64,000 nt of DNA. Source: Syntrophales bacterium (GTDB taxonomy: Bacteria; Desulfobacterota; Syntrophia; Syntrophales; PHBD01). This document shows, in pieces, positions 30,665 to 38,998 of the stretch. The stretch lies in assembly GCA_963668175.1 (NCBI GenBank), contig OY764159.1, forward strand, positions 864,001 to 928,000, read 5' to 3'. Positions within the stretch are counted from its first letter, which is position 1, and each line of letters starts with the position of its first letter. A program made the position numbers and the translations under genes. The notes under the pieces are model-generated. The model was not told the DNA's origin. It worked only from the letters and a program-made list of their open reading frames with translations, and did not search any database.

Positions 30665-31556
30665 AAAGATCATGCGGCTCAAGAAAGAGCGCAAGGCCGT
30701 CATTCTGGCCCACAACTATCAAATCCCCCAAGTCCAGGACATCGCGGACTACGTAGGAGATTCCCTGGGATTGAGCATTGAAGCATCCCGGACCGATGCG
30801 AAGGTCATCGTCTTCTGCGGAGTCCATTTCATGGCGGAGACGGCCAAGATCCTCTCGCCCGAAAAGACGGTGCTTCTTCCAGATCTCCACGCGGGCTGCC
30901 CCATGGCGGACATGATTACCGCCGGGCAGCTCAGGGAACTGAAGGCGGAACACCCCGACGCCAAAGTCGTCTGCTACGTCAACACCAGCGCGGAAGTGAA
31001 GGCCGAATGCGATCTCTGCTGCACGTCGGCAAATGCCGTGAAGATGGTCGGAGAGGTTCTTAAAGACAGCCCCGAAATCATCTTCGTCCCCGATCAGTAT
31101 CTTGCGGCTTACGTCGAATCGCAGACAGGGCGGACGATGATCAAATGGAAGGGATACTGTCCGACCCACGCGAAGATCCTGCCTCAACACATCGAAGAGC
31201 AAAGGGCCCAACACCCGGATGCAGTGGTTGTCGTCCATCCCGAGTGCAGGCCCGAGACGATCAGAGTGGCCGATAAGGTCGCCTCCACGGAGGGCATGAC
31301 CCGATACGTCAAGGAGACGAAGGCCCGGGAGATCATCGTCGCCACCGAGCGCGGCATCATTCACCGGATGGAAAAGGAGAATCCCGGTAAGGTCTTCTAT
31401 CCTGTTTCCAAGCTGGCTATTTGTCCCAATATGAAGATGATCAACCTCGAGAAGGTACTGTGGGCCCTGGAAGACATGCAATACGTCGTCGAGGTCCCGG
31501 CCGATGTCGCCGAAAGAGCCCGGGCAAGTATCCAGCGGATGCTCGATTTCAGCTGA
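30651..31556 (+). CDS. nadA: Quinolinate synthase
   Basis: LAHNYQ, FCGVHFMAETAK, GCPMA, YVNTSA, HPEC and CPNMK motifs; GGAGG RBS before ATG 30651. Confidence 0.97.
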   Translation: MDIVEKIMRLKKERKAVILAHNYQIPQVQDIADYVGDSLGLSIEASRTDAKVIVFCGVHFMAETAKILSPEKTVLLPDLHAGCPMADMITAGQLRELKAEHPDAKVVCYVNTSAEVKAECDLCCTSANAVKMVGEVLKDSPEIIFVPDQYLAAYVESQTGRTMIKWKGYCPTHAKILPQHIEEQRAQHPDAVVVVHPECRPETIRVADKVASTEGMTRYVKETKAREIIVATERGIIHRMEKENPGKVFYPVSKLAICPNMKMINLEKVLWALEDMQYVVEVPADVAERARASIQRMLDFS

Positions 31557-31570
31557 TCGAAAAAAACACT

Positions 31571-32026
31571 ATGGGCATTCTGAAAGGAACCATCGTCGCC
31601 GTCTGCCGTAGCGACAAGACGGGGGAGAGGAAAGAGCCGCACCCGTCGGTGACGCTGGTGGCGGATTTCGGGATCGATGGCGATGCCCACGCCGGCCGTG
31701 AAAGCCGCCGCCAGGTCAGCCTGCTGGCCGTAAAAAGCATCGAAGCCATGAAGGCAAAAGGTCTCGAACTCGGTTACGGCGACTTTGCGGAAAATCTGGC
31801 CGTTGCAGGGATCGACCTCCACATGCTGCCCCTGAGGGTCCGCCTGCGCACCCGGAGCGGCGCCGTTCTCGAAGTGACGCAGATCGGGAAGGCCTGCCAC
31901 AACAAAGGTTGTTCCATCTTTCGCCAGGTGGGGACCTGCATCATGCCGAAGGAAGGGATCTTCTCCCGGGTCATCATCGGCGGCGTGGTCCGGACCGGCG
32001 ACACTATCGAAGTCATGGAAAATTAG
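31571..32026 (+). CDS. MOSC domain protein
   Basis: GDAHAG..RQVSLL, G.FAENL and EVTQIGK.CH..C.I..VG.CIMPKEG motifs. Confidence 0.9.
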   Translation: MGILKGTIVAVCRSDKTGERKEPHPSVTLVADFGIDGDAHAGRESRRQVSLLAVKSIEAMKAKGLELGYGDFAENLAVAGIDLHMLPLRVRLRTRSGAVLEVTQIGKACHNKGCSIFRQVGTCIMPKEGIFSRVIIGGVVRTGDTIEVMEN

Positions 32027-32137
32027 CCGCACGCTATTGATTTTTCATCCTGCCGTTATTACCTTAATCATCAAAGTCGGTTATTGTCGCGTGGAGCGTT
32101 AAACCATGGACAAGGGCAGTCTAAATGGAGAGAAATT

Positions 32138-32899
32138 ATGTTGATGATCGAAGATTTACAGGTGAAAATCGGCGGAAAAGAGATCCTGAAGCATATCGAT
32201 CTCGAGATCAAGGAAGGAGAGACGCACATCCTCTTCGGGCCGAACGGTTCGGGAAAAACCTCGCTTCTGATGACTATTATGGGCTATCCGCAGTACGAAG
32301 TAACGGCGGGAAGAATCGTTTTTAAGGGGCACGATATCACCCATATGCCTGTTTACGAGCGCGTCCGGCTGGGTATCGGGATGTCGTTTCAGCGCCCACC
32401 GACGATCCACGGACTTAAAACGCGCCAGATGGTGCAGATATGTGCCGGAAACGGGAAAAATGCCGACGTGGAGGCCATGGCGGAGAAGGTCAATTTTTCG
32501 GCTTTTCTGGACCGCGATATCAACGCCGGCTTCTCCGGCGGGGAGATCAAGCGCTCCGAACTTCTTCAATTGATGGCCCAAAACCCGGACCTGCTGCTTT
32601 TTGACGAGCCTGAATCGGGCGTCGATCTGGAAAACATCGTTCTTGTGGGCAATATGATCAGCCACCTCCTGCAGAGGGATTTTACGAAGGCCCTCGATAA
32701 GAGCCAGAAGCAGCTTCACCAGGAAAGGAGCAAAATGGGGCTCATCATCACCCATACGGGCTTCATCCTGGATTACCTGACAGCCGATAAAGGACAGGTT
32801 CTCTACGAAGGCGTCATGAGCTGTAAGAGCAATCCCCATGAAATCTTTCAATGTATCAAGAAAGCCGGATACGAGGAGTGTATACGATGTACGACTTAG
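32138..32899 (+). CDS. sufC: SufC-like ABC ATPase (minimal SUF, SmsC type)
   Basis: GPNGSGKT, N.GFSGGE.KR.E, DEPESG and IITH motifs; C-terminal CIRC. Confidence 0.88.
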   Translation: MLMIEDLQVKIGGKEILKHIDLEIKEGETHILFGPNGSGKTSLLMTIMGYPQYEVTAGRIVFKGHDITHMPVYERVRLGIGMSFQRPPTIHGLKTRQMVQICAGNGKNADVEAMAEKVNFSAFLDRDINAGFSGGEIKRSELLQLMAQNPDLLLFDEPESGVDLENIVLVGNMISHLLQRDFTKALDKSQKQLHQERSKMGLIITHTGFILDYLTADKGQVLYEGVMSCKSNPHEIFQCIKKAGYEECIRCTT

Positions 32900-34098
32900 A
32901 CGAAAAAGCTGCCGCAGCCAAGGAGAAAAAGGCCGCGCTGGGACCGGATATCGATTTGTCCAGCTTTACGGCTGAACCTGTTCAGCACGAGTATCTCCAG
33001 GACTTGACCAAGCTCTCAAAAAAAGACAAGCAACGGATCATCGAAGCAGGCGTCGATGCCGGGGAAAAAGGACGGTCCGGCACTTATCTGCAGAAGGACA
33101 CCGCCGTCATCCATTCCCGTTCGAAGCAGGAAGGCCTTGAAGTCCTGCCGATCAAAAAGGCCCTAAAGGAGGTTGACTGGGTTAAAGACTATTACTGGAA
33201 GCTTGCGGCTGTCGATGCCGACAAGTATACGTCCAAGGCCCAGCTAGAACTGCACGACGGCTACGTGATCCGGGCACTGCCGGGAAGCAAAGTGATCTAT
33301 CCCGTCCAGGCCTGCCTCTATATTGACAAGGAGAACCTGAGCCAGTACGTCCACAACCTGATCATCGTGGAAGAAGGGGCCGAACTGCACGTCATCACCG
33401 GCTGTACTGCGGCGTCCCATCTTAAAAGGGGCCTGCATGTAGGGATATCCGAGTTTTTCGTCAAGAAGAATGCCAAGCTCAGTTTCACCATGATCCATAA
33501 CTGGGCGGAAGAGATGATGGTTCGGCCGAGGTCCGTCGGGGTCGTCGAGGAGGGCGGCCTGTTTCTGAACAACTATATCTGCATGAAGCCGGTTAAGTCG
33601 CTCCAGATGTATCCCACGACGTATCTCACGGGAAAAGGGGCTGTTGCGCGATTTTACAGCCTGCTGGTGGGAAGCCCCGGCTCCGAAATGGATGTCGGCG
33701 GACGCATCTTTCTCAAGGAAGAGGACACCCGGGCGGAGATCGTGGCCCGCGCCATCAGCAACGGCGGCAGGATTATTTCCCGGGGCGATCTGATAGGCGA
33801 GAAGCCGGGCGTCAAGGCCCATCTGGAATGCCGCGGGCTTCTCCTGAACGGTGGCCTGATCCATGCCATTCCCGAGCTTCAGGGCCAGGTGGACGGCGTC
33901 GAGATGTCCCACGAGGCCGCCGTCGGCAAGATCGCCCAGGAGGAGATTCTATACCTCATGTCCCGCGGTTTGACGGAGGACGAGGCCACATCGACGATTG
34001 TCAGGGGATTCCTCAGCGTTGATATTCCGGGCCTGCCGCCGCAGTTGAAGGCGGAAATAGAGCGGGCCGTGGAATTGAGTGAAAAAGAACTGATGTGA
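32887..34098 (+). CDS. SufBD-family Fe-S scaffold (minimal SUF, SmsB type)
   Basis: HNLIIVEEGA..ITGC, HLECRGLL and IPEL..SHEAAVGKI..YLMSRGL..IVRGF motifs; overlaps sufC. Confidence 0.88.
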   Translation: MYDLDEKAAAAKEKKAALGPDIDLSSFTAEPVQHEYLQDLTKLSKKDKQRIIEAGVDAGEKGRSGTYLQKDTAVIHSRSKQEGLEVLPIKKALKEVDWVKDYYWKLAAVDADKYTSKAQLELHDGYVIRALPGSKVIYPVQACLYIDKENLSQYVHNLIIVEEGAELHVITGCTAASHLKRGLHVGISEFFVKKNAKLSFTMIHNWAEEMMVRPRSVGVVEEGGLFLNNYICMKPVKSLQMYPTTYLTGKGAVARFYSLLVGSPGSEMDVGGRIFLKEEDTRAEIVARAISNGGRIISRGDLIGEKPGVKAHLECRGLLLNGGLIHAIPELQGQVDGVEMSHEAAVGKIAQEEILYLMSRGLTEDEATSTIVRGFLSVDIPGLPPQLKAEIERAVELSEKELM

Positions 34099-34277
34099 TG
34101 AGTCCATAGGACGGAAATCGCACTTCCTCAATCGATACGGTCCGGATGGAATGGTCATGGTCCGCGAATCCTGATGGAATCAGGGTTGGACCGGCGCATT
34201 TTGTCGAAAAACTCCTTGACAAAAGGCAGTACCGGTGCTTTAAGGAGCATTCGGTTTTGCCTAGGCAAGGCCGGTGC

Positions 34278-34354
<77 letters not shown>

Positions 34355-34363
34355 AGAAATTAC

Positions 34364-34397
34364 AAGGGGTTAGCTGAAACGGCTAATCCCTTTTTTG
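34364..34397 (+). terminator. Intrinsic terminator after tRNA-fMet
   Basis: AAGGGGTTAGC / GCTAATCCCTT stem plus a T-run. Confidence 0.75.
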
Positions 34398-35122
34398 CAT
34401 TTTCAGGGGGATTTTCCAACGGATTTCTAACGGAATGAAAAGTATCTTACGGATGCCGGCCGGTTATGGGGATTGGCATCGATAGTACAGGCAGTTTTTA
34501 ACCGGCCTCCCAAAAACTGAATCGTTTTCGGAAGACCGGCAAGTCTATCTTTTATTTCTGCTTAATAAGCCGGTTCCGCCGCGGACAATATCCCCGCCAG
34601 TAGCGGCGATCCGCCGACAGCCAGGGCTTCTTCCTCGTCGATGGCCACCTTCCTGATCCTGATCTGCTCGATTTTCCGTATCAATGCATCAACAGAAGCA
34701 ATCGTGTCTGGAGTGTATTTTGTCAGAGATTTATCAAGACTGTGACTTTGCCGGATGTCTTCGTTTTCGAGGATACGTGCTTCACAGCGCTGCATTCTCC
34801 ATGGGTGGCGGTTCCATATGTTAAATTTTTTACCATGCGGAAAAGTGAAGTCAAGGAAATGTTCCGCATGTTTAATATCGTGTTCCAATATACAGAAGAA
34901 GCGGCTGCTGCCGGCCGATGCTGTGTTACGAATCATCACCCGATTAAAGAACAGGGTGTGATCTTCAATGGAGTATCGACACTTTGATGGTTGATATCTC
35001 CCTCAATTTGCTTTACATATTTACGGGAGCTTCAAGAAGTCTGTCGCTTATGGATAAGATTGAGGCTTCCCGCGTAATGATTTGGAAGTCATTAGCAGGT
35101 TTACGGACGAAAGGAGATTAAG

Positions 35123-36619
35123 ATGTCTGAGGCAGAGGTAAATCAAGGGGTAACCAGACGGGGCTTTATCAAGGCCGGGGCCGTCGGCGCCAGTGCGTTG
35201 GCTCTGGGGCTGGGTGCAGGCGAGGCGAAAGCCCAGGAGGCCGTCCCCAAAAAGTGGGACCGGACCGTCGACGTCGTCGTCGTAGGAGCAGGCGGTGCCG
35301 GATTGGCCGCCGCGGTCACCGCCAGGGAGAAAGGTGCGGACGTTCTCGTCCTGGAGAAAATGGCCGTCATCGGCGGCAACACAATCATTTCCGGCGGTTT
35401 CCTCAATGCAGCCGATCCCAAGAGGCAGGGCAAGCTGAATATTCAGGATTCTGCGGAAAACCATTTCAAACAGACCATCGCGGCGGGGGATTATCGCGCC
35501 GATGCGGAAAAGGTGAAGATACTGACGGCAAACGCCAACGATGCCGTCCAGTGGCTGGAGAGCCTGGGGATGAAGTTTGACGATAAGGTCATTCAGATTT
35601 ACGGCGCCCTCTATCCGCGGTCCCATATTCCCGTCGATCCGAAAGGGACGGGCTACATCAAGACCCTGAAGGCCGCCGCCGATCAACGGGGCGTCAAGAC
35701 CCTTACGGAGGTAAAAGTCGACAGCATCATCAGGGAAAAACAGTTGAGCGGCCGCGTCCTCGGCGTCAAGGTGTTCGACAAGAGGAAAAAGGCACTCTAT
35801 ATCAGGGCCAGGAAAGCGGTTGTTCTCGCTTCCGGCGGGTTTGGAGCCAACAAGGAATTACGGGCCCTGCACGATCCCCGCATGAAGGACCTCACGACAA
35901 CGAACCATCCGGGGGCCACGGGGGAGGTCATCCTGGCCGCCATGAATATCGGTGGATACCCCATCGGCATGGATTACATCCAGTGCAATCCCGGGGCCCC
36001 TCCCGGAAGGGACCTCCGGATAACCCTGCATCTGGATGTATCGGGGTTTATCTTTGTCGACAAGAGAGGGAAGCGATTTGTTGCGGAGGACGAGAGGCGG
36101 GACGTGCTCCGTGAGGCCATCCTCAACCTGCCGGAAAAATACGGCTTTACCGTTCTCGATGATCAGGTCTTTCAGGGTTACGACAGGATTACGCGAGATA
36201 CGACTATGGCCGGCATCAAGGAAGGGGACGCCTGGACAGCCAATACCCTTGAAGAACTCGCCGGGAAAATGGGTGTTCCCGCCGACGCATTCGTCGCCAC
36301 CGTTAAACGTTACAACGACGTTATCGTAGCCGGCAAGTCGGACCCGGACTTTAATAAAAACCCGCGGAACCTGACCAAGAAGATTGAGAAAGCTCCCTTC
36401 TGGGCCTGTTATGCCGGTATGGCGGTCCACCACACCATGGGCGGCCTGAATATCAGCACCAAAGCGGAAGTGCTGGACCATGACCGCAAGCCGATCCCCG
36501 GCCTTTATGCAGCCGGGGAAGTGACAGGCGGTATCCACGGCACCAACCGTGTCGGCGGAAACGCCATTGCCGATATCTTCGTTTTCGGCCGCATCGCCGG
36601 CGCCAACGCAGCCGGTTAA
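35123..36619 (+). CDS. Tat-exported FAD oxidoreductase (flavocytochrome c / fumarate-urocanate reductase flavoprotein family)
   Basis: Twin-Arg TRRGFIK signal; GAGGAG, GGNT..SGG, LASGGF, HHTMGG and AAGEVTGGIHG.NR.GGNA motifs; no CxxCH. Confidence 0.9.
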   Translation: MSEAEVNQGVTRRGFIKAGAVGASALALGLGAGEAKAQEAVPKKWDRTVDVVVVGAGGAGLAAAVTAREKGADVLVLEKMAVIGGNTIISGGFLNAADPKRQGKLNIQDSAENHFKQTIAAGDYRADAEKVKILTANANDAVQWLESLGMKFDDKVIQIYGALYPRSHIPVDPKGTGYIKTLKAAADQRGVKTLTEVKVDSIIREKQLSGRVLGVKVFDKRKKALYIRARKAVVLASGGFGANKELRALHDPRMKDLTTTNHPGATGEVILAAMNIGGYPIGMDYIQCNPGAPPGRDLRITLHLDVSGFIFVDKRGKRFVAEDERRDVLREAILNLPEKYGFTVLDDQVFQGYDRITRDTTMAGIKEGDAWTANTLEELAGKMGVPADAFVATVKRYNDVIVAGKSDPDFNKNPRNLTKKIEKAPFWACYAGMAVHHTMGGLNISTKAEVLDHDRKPIPGLYAAGEVTGGIHGTNRVGGNAIADIFVFGRIAGANAAG

Positions 36620-36647
36620 TCCGGGCGGCATACGTGCTTCGACATGG

Positions 36648-36683
36648 AAAGGCAGGGCCAGCATGGTCCTGCCTTTTTCTTTT
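36648..36683 (+). terminator. Intrinsic terminator
   Basis: AAAGGCAGGGCCA / TGGTCCTGCCTTT stem followed by a T-rich tail. Confidence 0.75.
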
Positions 36684-36781
36684 GTCTGCATTCGATGTTT
36701 TGTAAGCGATTCCGGGTGATGACGATAGAGGATCTCTCTTAATATTACTCCAGTCGGAAAAAACATGCTATACTGTACACT

Positions 36782-37084
36782 ATGAATATCATCGGCATTA
36801 AATATTGCGGCGGCTGCAATCCTGTCATCGACCGGCAAAGGCTGGTGCAGGTGCTGGAGAAGATGTTGCCTCCCGGCTTCAAATTGGCGACTAACGAGCC
36901 GCCGCAAGACTGGTCCATGGGCGTTTCCCTGTGCGGATGCCCGACGGCGTGCGCGGAGATTACAACCGCCGGGAGCCCGATCGGTAAGTGGATCTGCATC
37001 GGCGGAGAAACGATCGATCTTGTGTCCGTCCGTGAGGAGGAGATGGCAGGCAAGGTCGTCGAAAAGATTAAAGCTCAGCTATAG
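36782..37084 (+). CDS. Small Cys-rich hypothetical protein (KYCGGCNP motif)
   Basis: GIKYCGGCNP..DR and CGCPTACA motifs. Confidence 0.75.
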   Translation: MNIIGIKYCGGCNPVIDRQRLVQVLEKMLPPGFKLATNEPPQDWSMGVSLCGCPTACAEITTAGSPIGKWICIGGETIDLVSVREEEMAGKVVEKIKAQL

Positions 37085-37132
37085 CAAGGGATTGATGTTG
37101 AATCTATATCTTACATAAAGGGGGCGGAGGCG

Positions 37133-37732
37133 ATGGCGAAGAAAATAACGGAAGGCAAGAAGCCGGGAAGAAAAGTGATCATTCTTTTGGGGAGTCCGCG
37201 GAAGCGGGGAAACAGTACGATATTGGCGGAGCGGATTGCCAAGGGGGCTAAAGCCGCGGGAGGCCGTATCGAAACATTTTACCTCCACGGCATGGAGATC
37301 GCCCCCTGTAAATCATGCTACGTCTGCAAGAAGCCCGGAAGCAAGGGGTGCTCGATCCAGGACGACATGCAGATGCTCTACCGGAAGATGCTGGAAGCGG
37401 AAGCCTGGGTAATCGCCAGTCCGGTTTACTGGTTCAACATGTCGGCCCAAATCAAGATCTGGATGGATCGCTGTTTTGCCTTGTCCGCTTACGGATTGGA
37501 TTCATTTGAAGGCAAGCGTATCGCCATCGCGATGGCCTATGGCGGCGACGACCCGTTTGACTCGGGCTGCGTCAATGCGCTGCGGACCTTTCAGGATGCC
37601 TATGCCTATACAAAGGCTGAAATAGTCGGCATGGTGTACGGCAGCGCCATGAACGCCGGTGAGATTAAAATCAACCGGGACCTGCTTCACGAAGCCGAAG
37701 AACTCGGATACCGTTTGGCGGCCGGTGACTGA
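37133..37732 (+). CDS. Iron-sulfur flavoprotein (Isf/flavodoxin family)
   Basis: GSPRKRGNS, Cx2Cx2Cx7C (CKSCYVC..C) and ASPVYW..SAQ.K..MDR motifs. Confidence 0.9.
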   Translation: MAKKITEGKKPGRKVIILLGSPRKRGNSTILAERIAKGAKAAGGRIETFYLHGMEIAPCKSCYVCKKPGSKGCSIQDDMQMLYRKMLEAEAWVIASPVYWFNMSAQIKIWMDRCFALSAYGLDSFEGKRIAIAMAYGGDDPFDSGCVNALRTFQDAYAYTKAEIVGMVYGSAMNAGEIKINRDLLHEAEELGYRLAAGD

Positions 37733-37775
37733 ACGAAACGTCGCCGCGTCTTGAAAGACAGGGGAGTGAGCAAGT

Positions 37776-38693
37776 ATGCCGTCCGATATTAAGAAAGTTG
37801 CCGTGGTCGGGGCGGGCGCCCTGGGGGCGGCCTATGGAGGGCTGTTGTTCGATGCGGACAGGCAGGGCGTCGCCTTTGTCGCTGCCGGAGGGAGGCTTGA
37901 GCGTCTCCGCCGGGAAAGCCTGGTCGTCAACGACAGGAAGTACGAGATTCCGGTTCTGGGTTCCGACGATCCCTCGCCGCCGGCCGATCTTGTTCTTGTC
38001 GCCGTGAAGTATCACGATCTCGACGATGCCATCAGGGACATGAAGGGGAGGATCGGCAAGGAAACCGTCATCATGTCGGTCATGAACGGCATCGACAGCG
38101 AAGAGCGCATAGGCGCTGCATACGGAATGGAACATATGTTGTATGCCGTATCGGTCGGCATCGATGCCTTGCGGGTTGGAAACCGCGTTACATATACGAA
38201 CCAGGGGAAAATCTATTTTGGAGAAGCGGCCAATCCGCATGTCAGCGAGCGAGTCCGGAAGGTTCAGGCCCTGTTCGATAAAGCGGGGATCGTCTATGAA
38301 ACGCCCGCCGATATGCTGCATGTCCTCTGGTGGAAATACATGATCAACGTGGGCATCAATCAGGCTTCGGCCGTGCTGCGTGCCCCTTACGGCGTCTTTC
38401 AGACCTCGAAGGATGCCCGGGAACTGATGGCGGCCGCCATGAGAGAGGTCGTTGCTCTGGCGGAGAAGCTCCATATCGCGCTTTCGGAACAGGATATGGC
38501 CGATTTCGATCCGTTCCTTATGCGTCTGAGTCCTCAAGGCAAGACGTCGATGCTTCAGGACGTGGAGGCCGGCAGAAAAACGGAAGTGGAGATGTTGGCC
38601 GGCAAGGTCATCGACATGGGCCGGCGTATGGGTGTTTCGACCCCGGTCAACCAAATGCTGTACGATCAAATCAAGAAAATTGAAATGTCTTGA
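37776..38693 (+). CDS. panE: Ketopantoate reductase family protein
   Basis: GAGALG, VAVK, NGI, W.K..N and SMLQD..GRKTE motifs. Confidence 0.88.
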   Translation: MPSDIKKVAVVGAGALGAAYGGLLFDADRQGVAFVAAGGRLERLRRESLVVNDRKYEIPVLGSDDPSPPADLVLVAVKYHDLDDAIRDMKGRIGKETVIMSVMNGIDSEERIGAAYGMEHMLYAVSVGIDALRVGNRVTYTNQGKIYFGEAANPHVSERVRKVQALFDKAGIVYETPADMLHVLWWKYMINVGINQASAVLRAPYGVFQTSKDARELMAAAMREVVALAEKLHIALSEQDMADFDPFLMRLSPQGKTSMLQDVEAGRKTEVEMLAGKVIDMGRRMGVSTPVNQMLYDQIKKIEMS

Positions 38694-38998
38694 ACGGAAA
38701 CCTCTCGAGATCAATCCGGCAGCCCGGCCCTCCGGGAGAGGGTCGCGGTGTTTCCAGGTACACCCCCGTTTCCTTTGCCGTATCCTTGCCTGAGGAACGT
38801 CGTCCGTTGAAACAGGAGGTGCTGCGAAGCAGTGATTCATCCAGTAACGCTTCGATATGCTCCGCCGGGTAAGAAGCCGACGGGTGAGGGCAGGCATATT
38901 CTAAAGTCCGAAGGGGGAAACGCATTTTTTTTAACAACCGATTGTTGGGGCGGAGATTCACGCTTGGCCCGCGCAAGAAATAACGGATGGAGGCGACA

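Noticed and set aside
34742..34987. Short plus-strand ORFs, one Cys-rich, upstream of the flavoprotein gene
   Set aside because: No RBS or family signature; codon usage unlike neighbouring genes.
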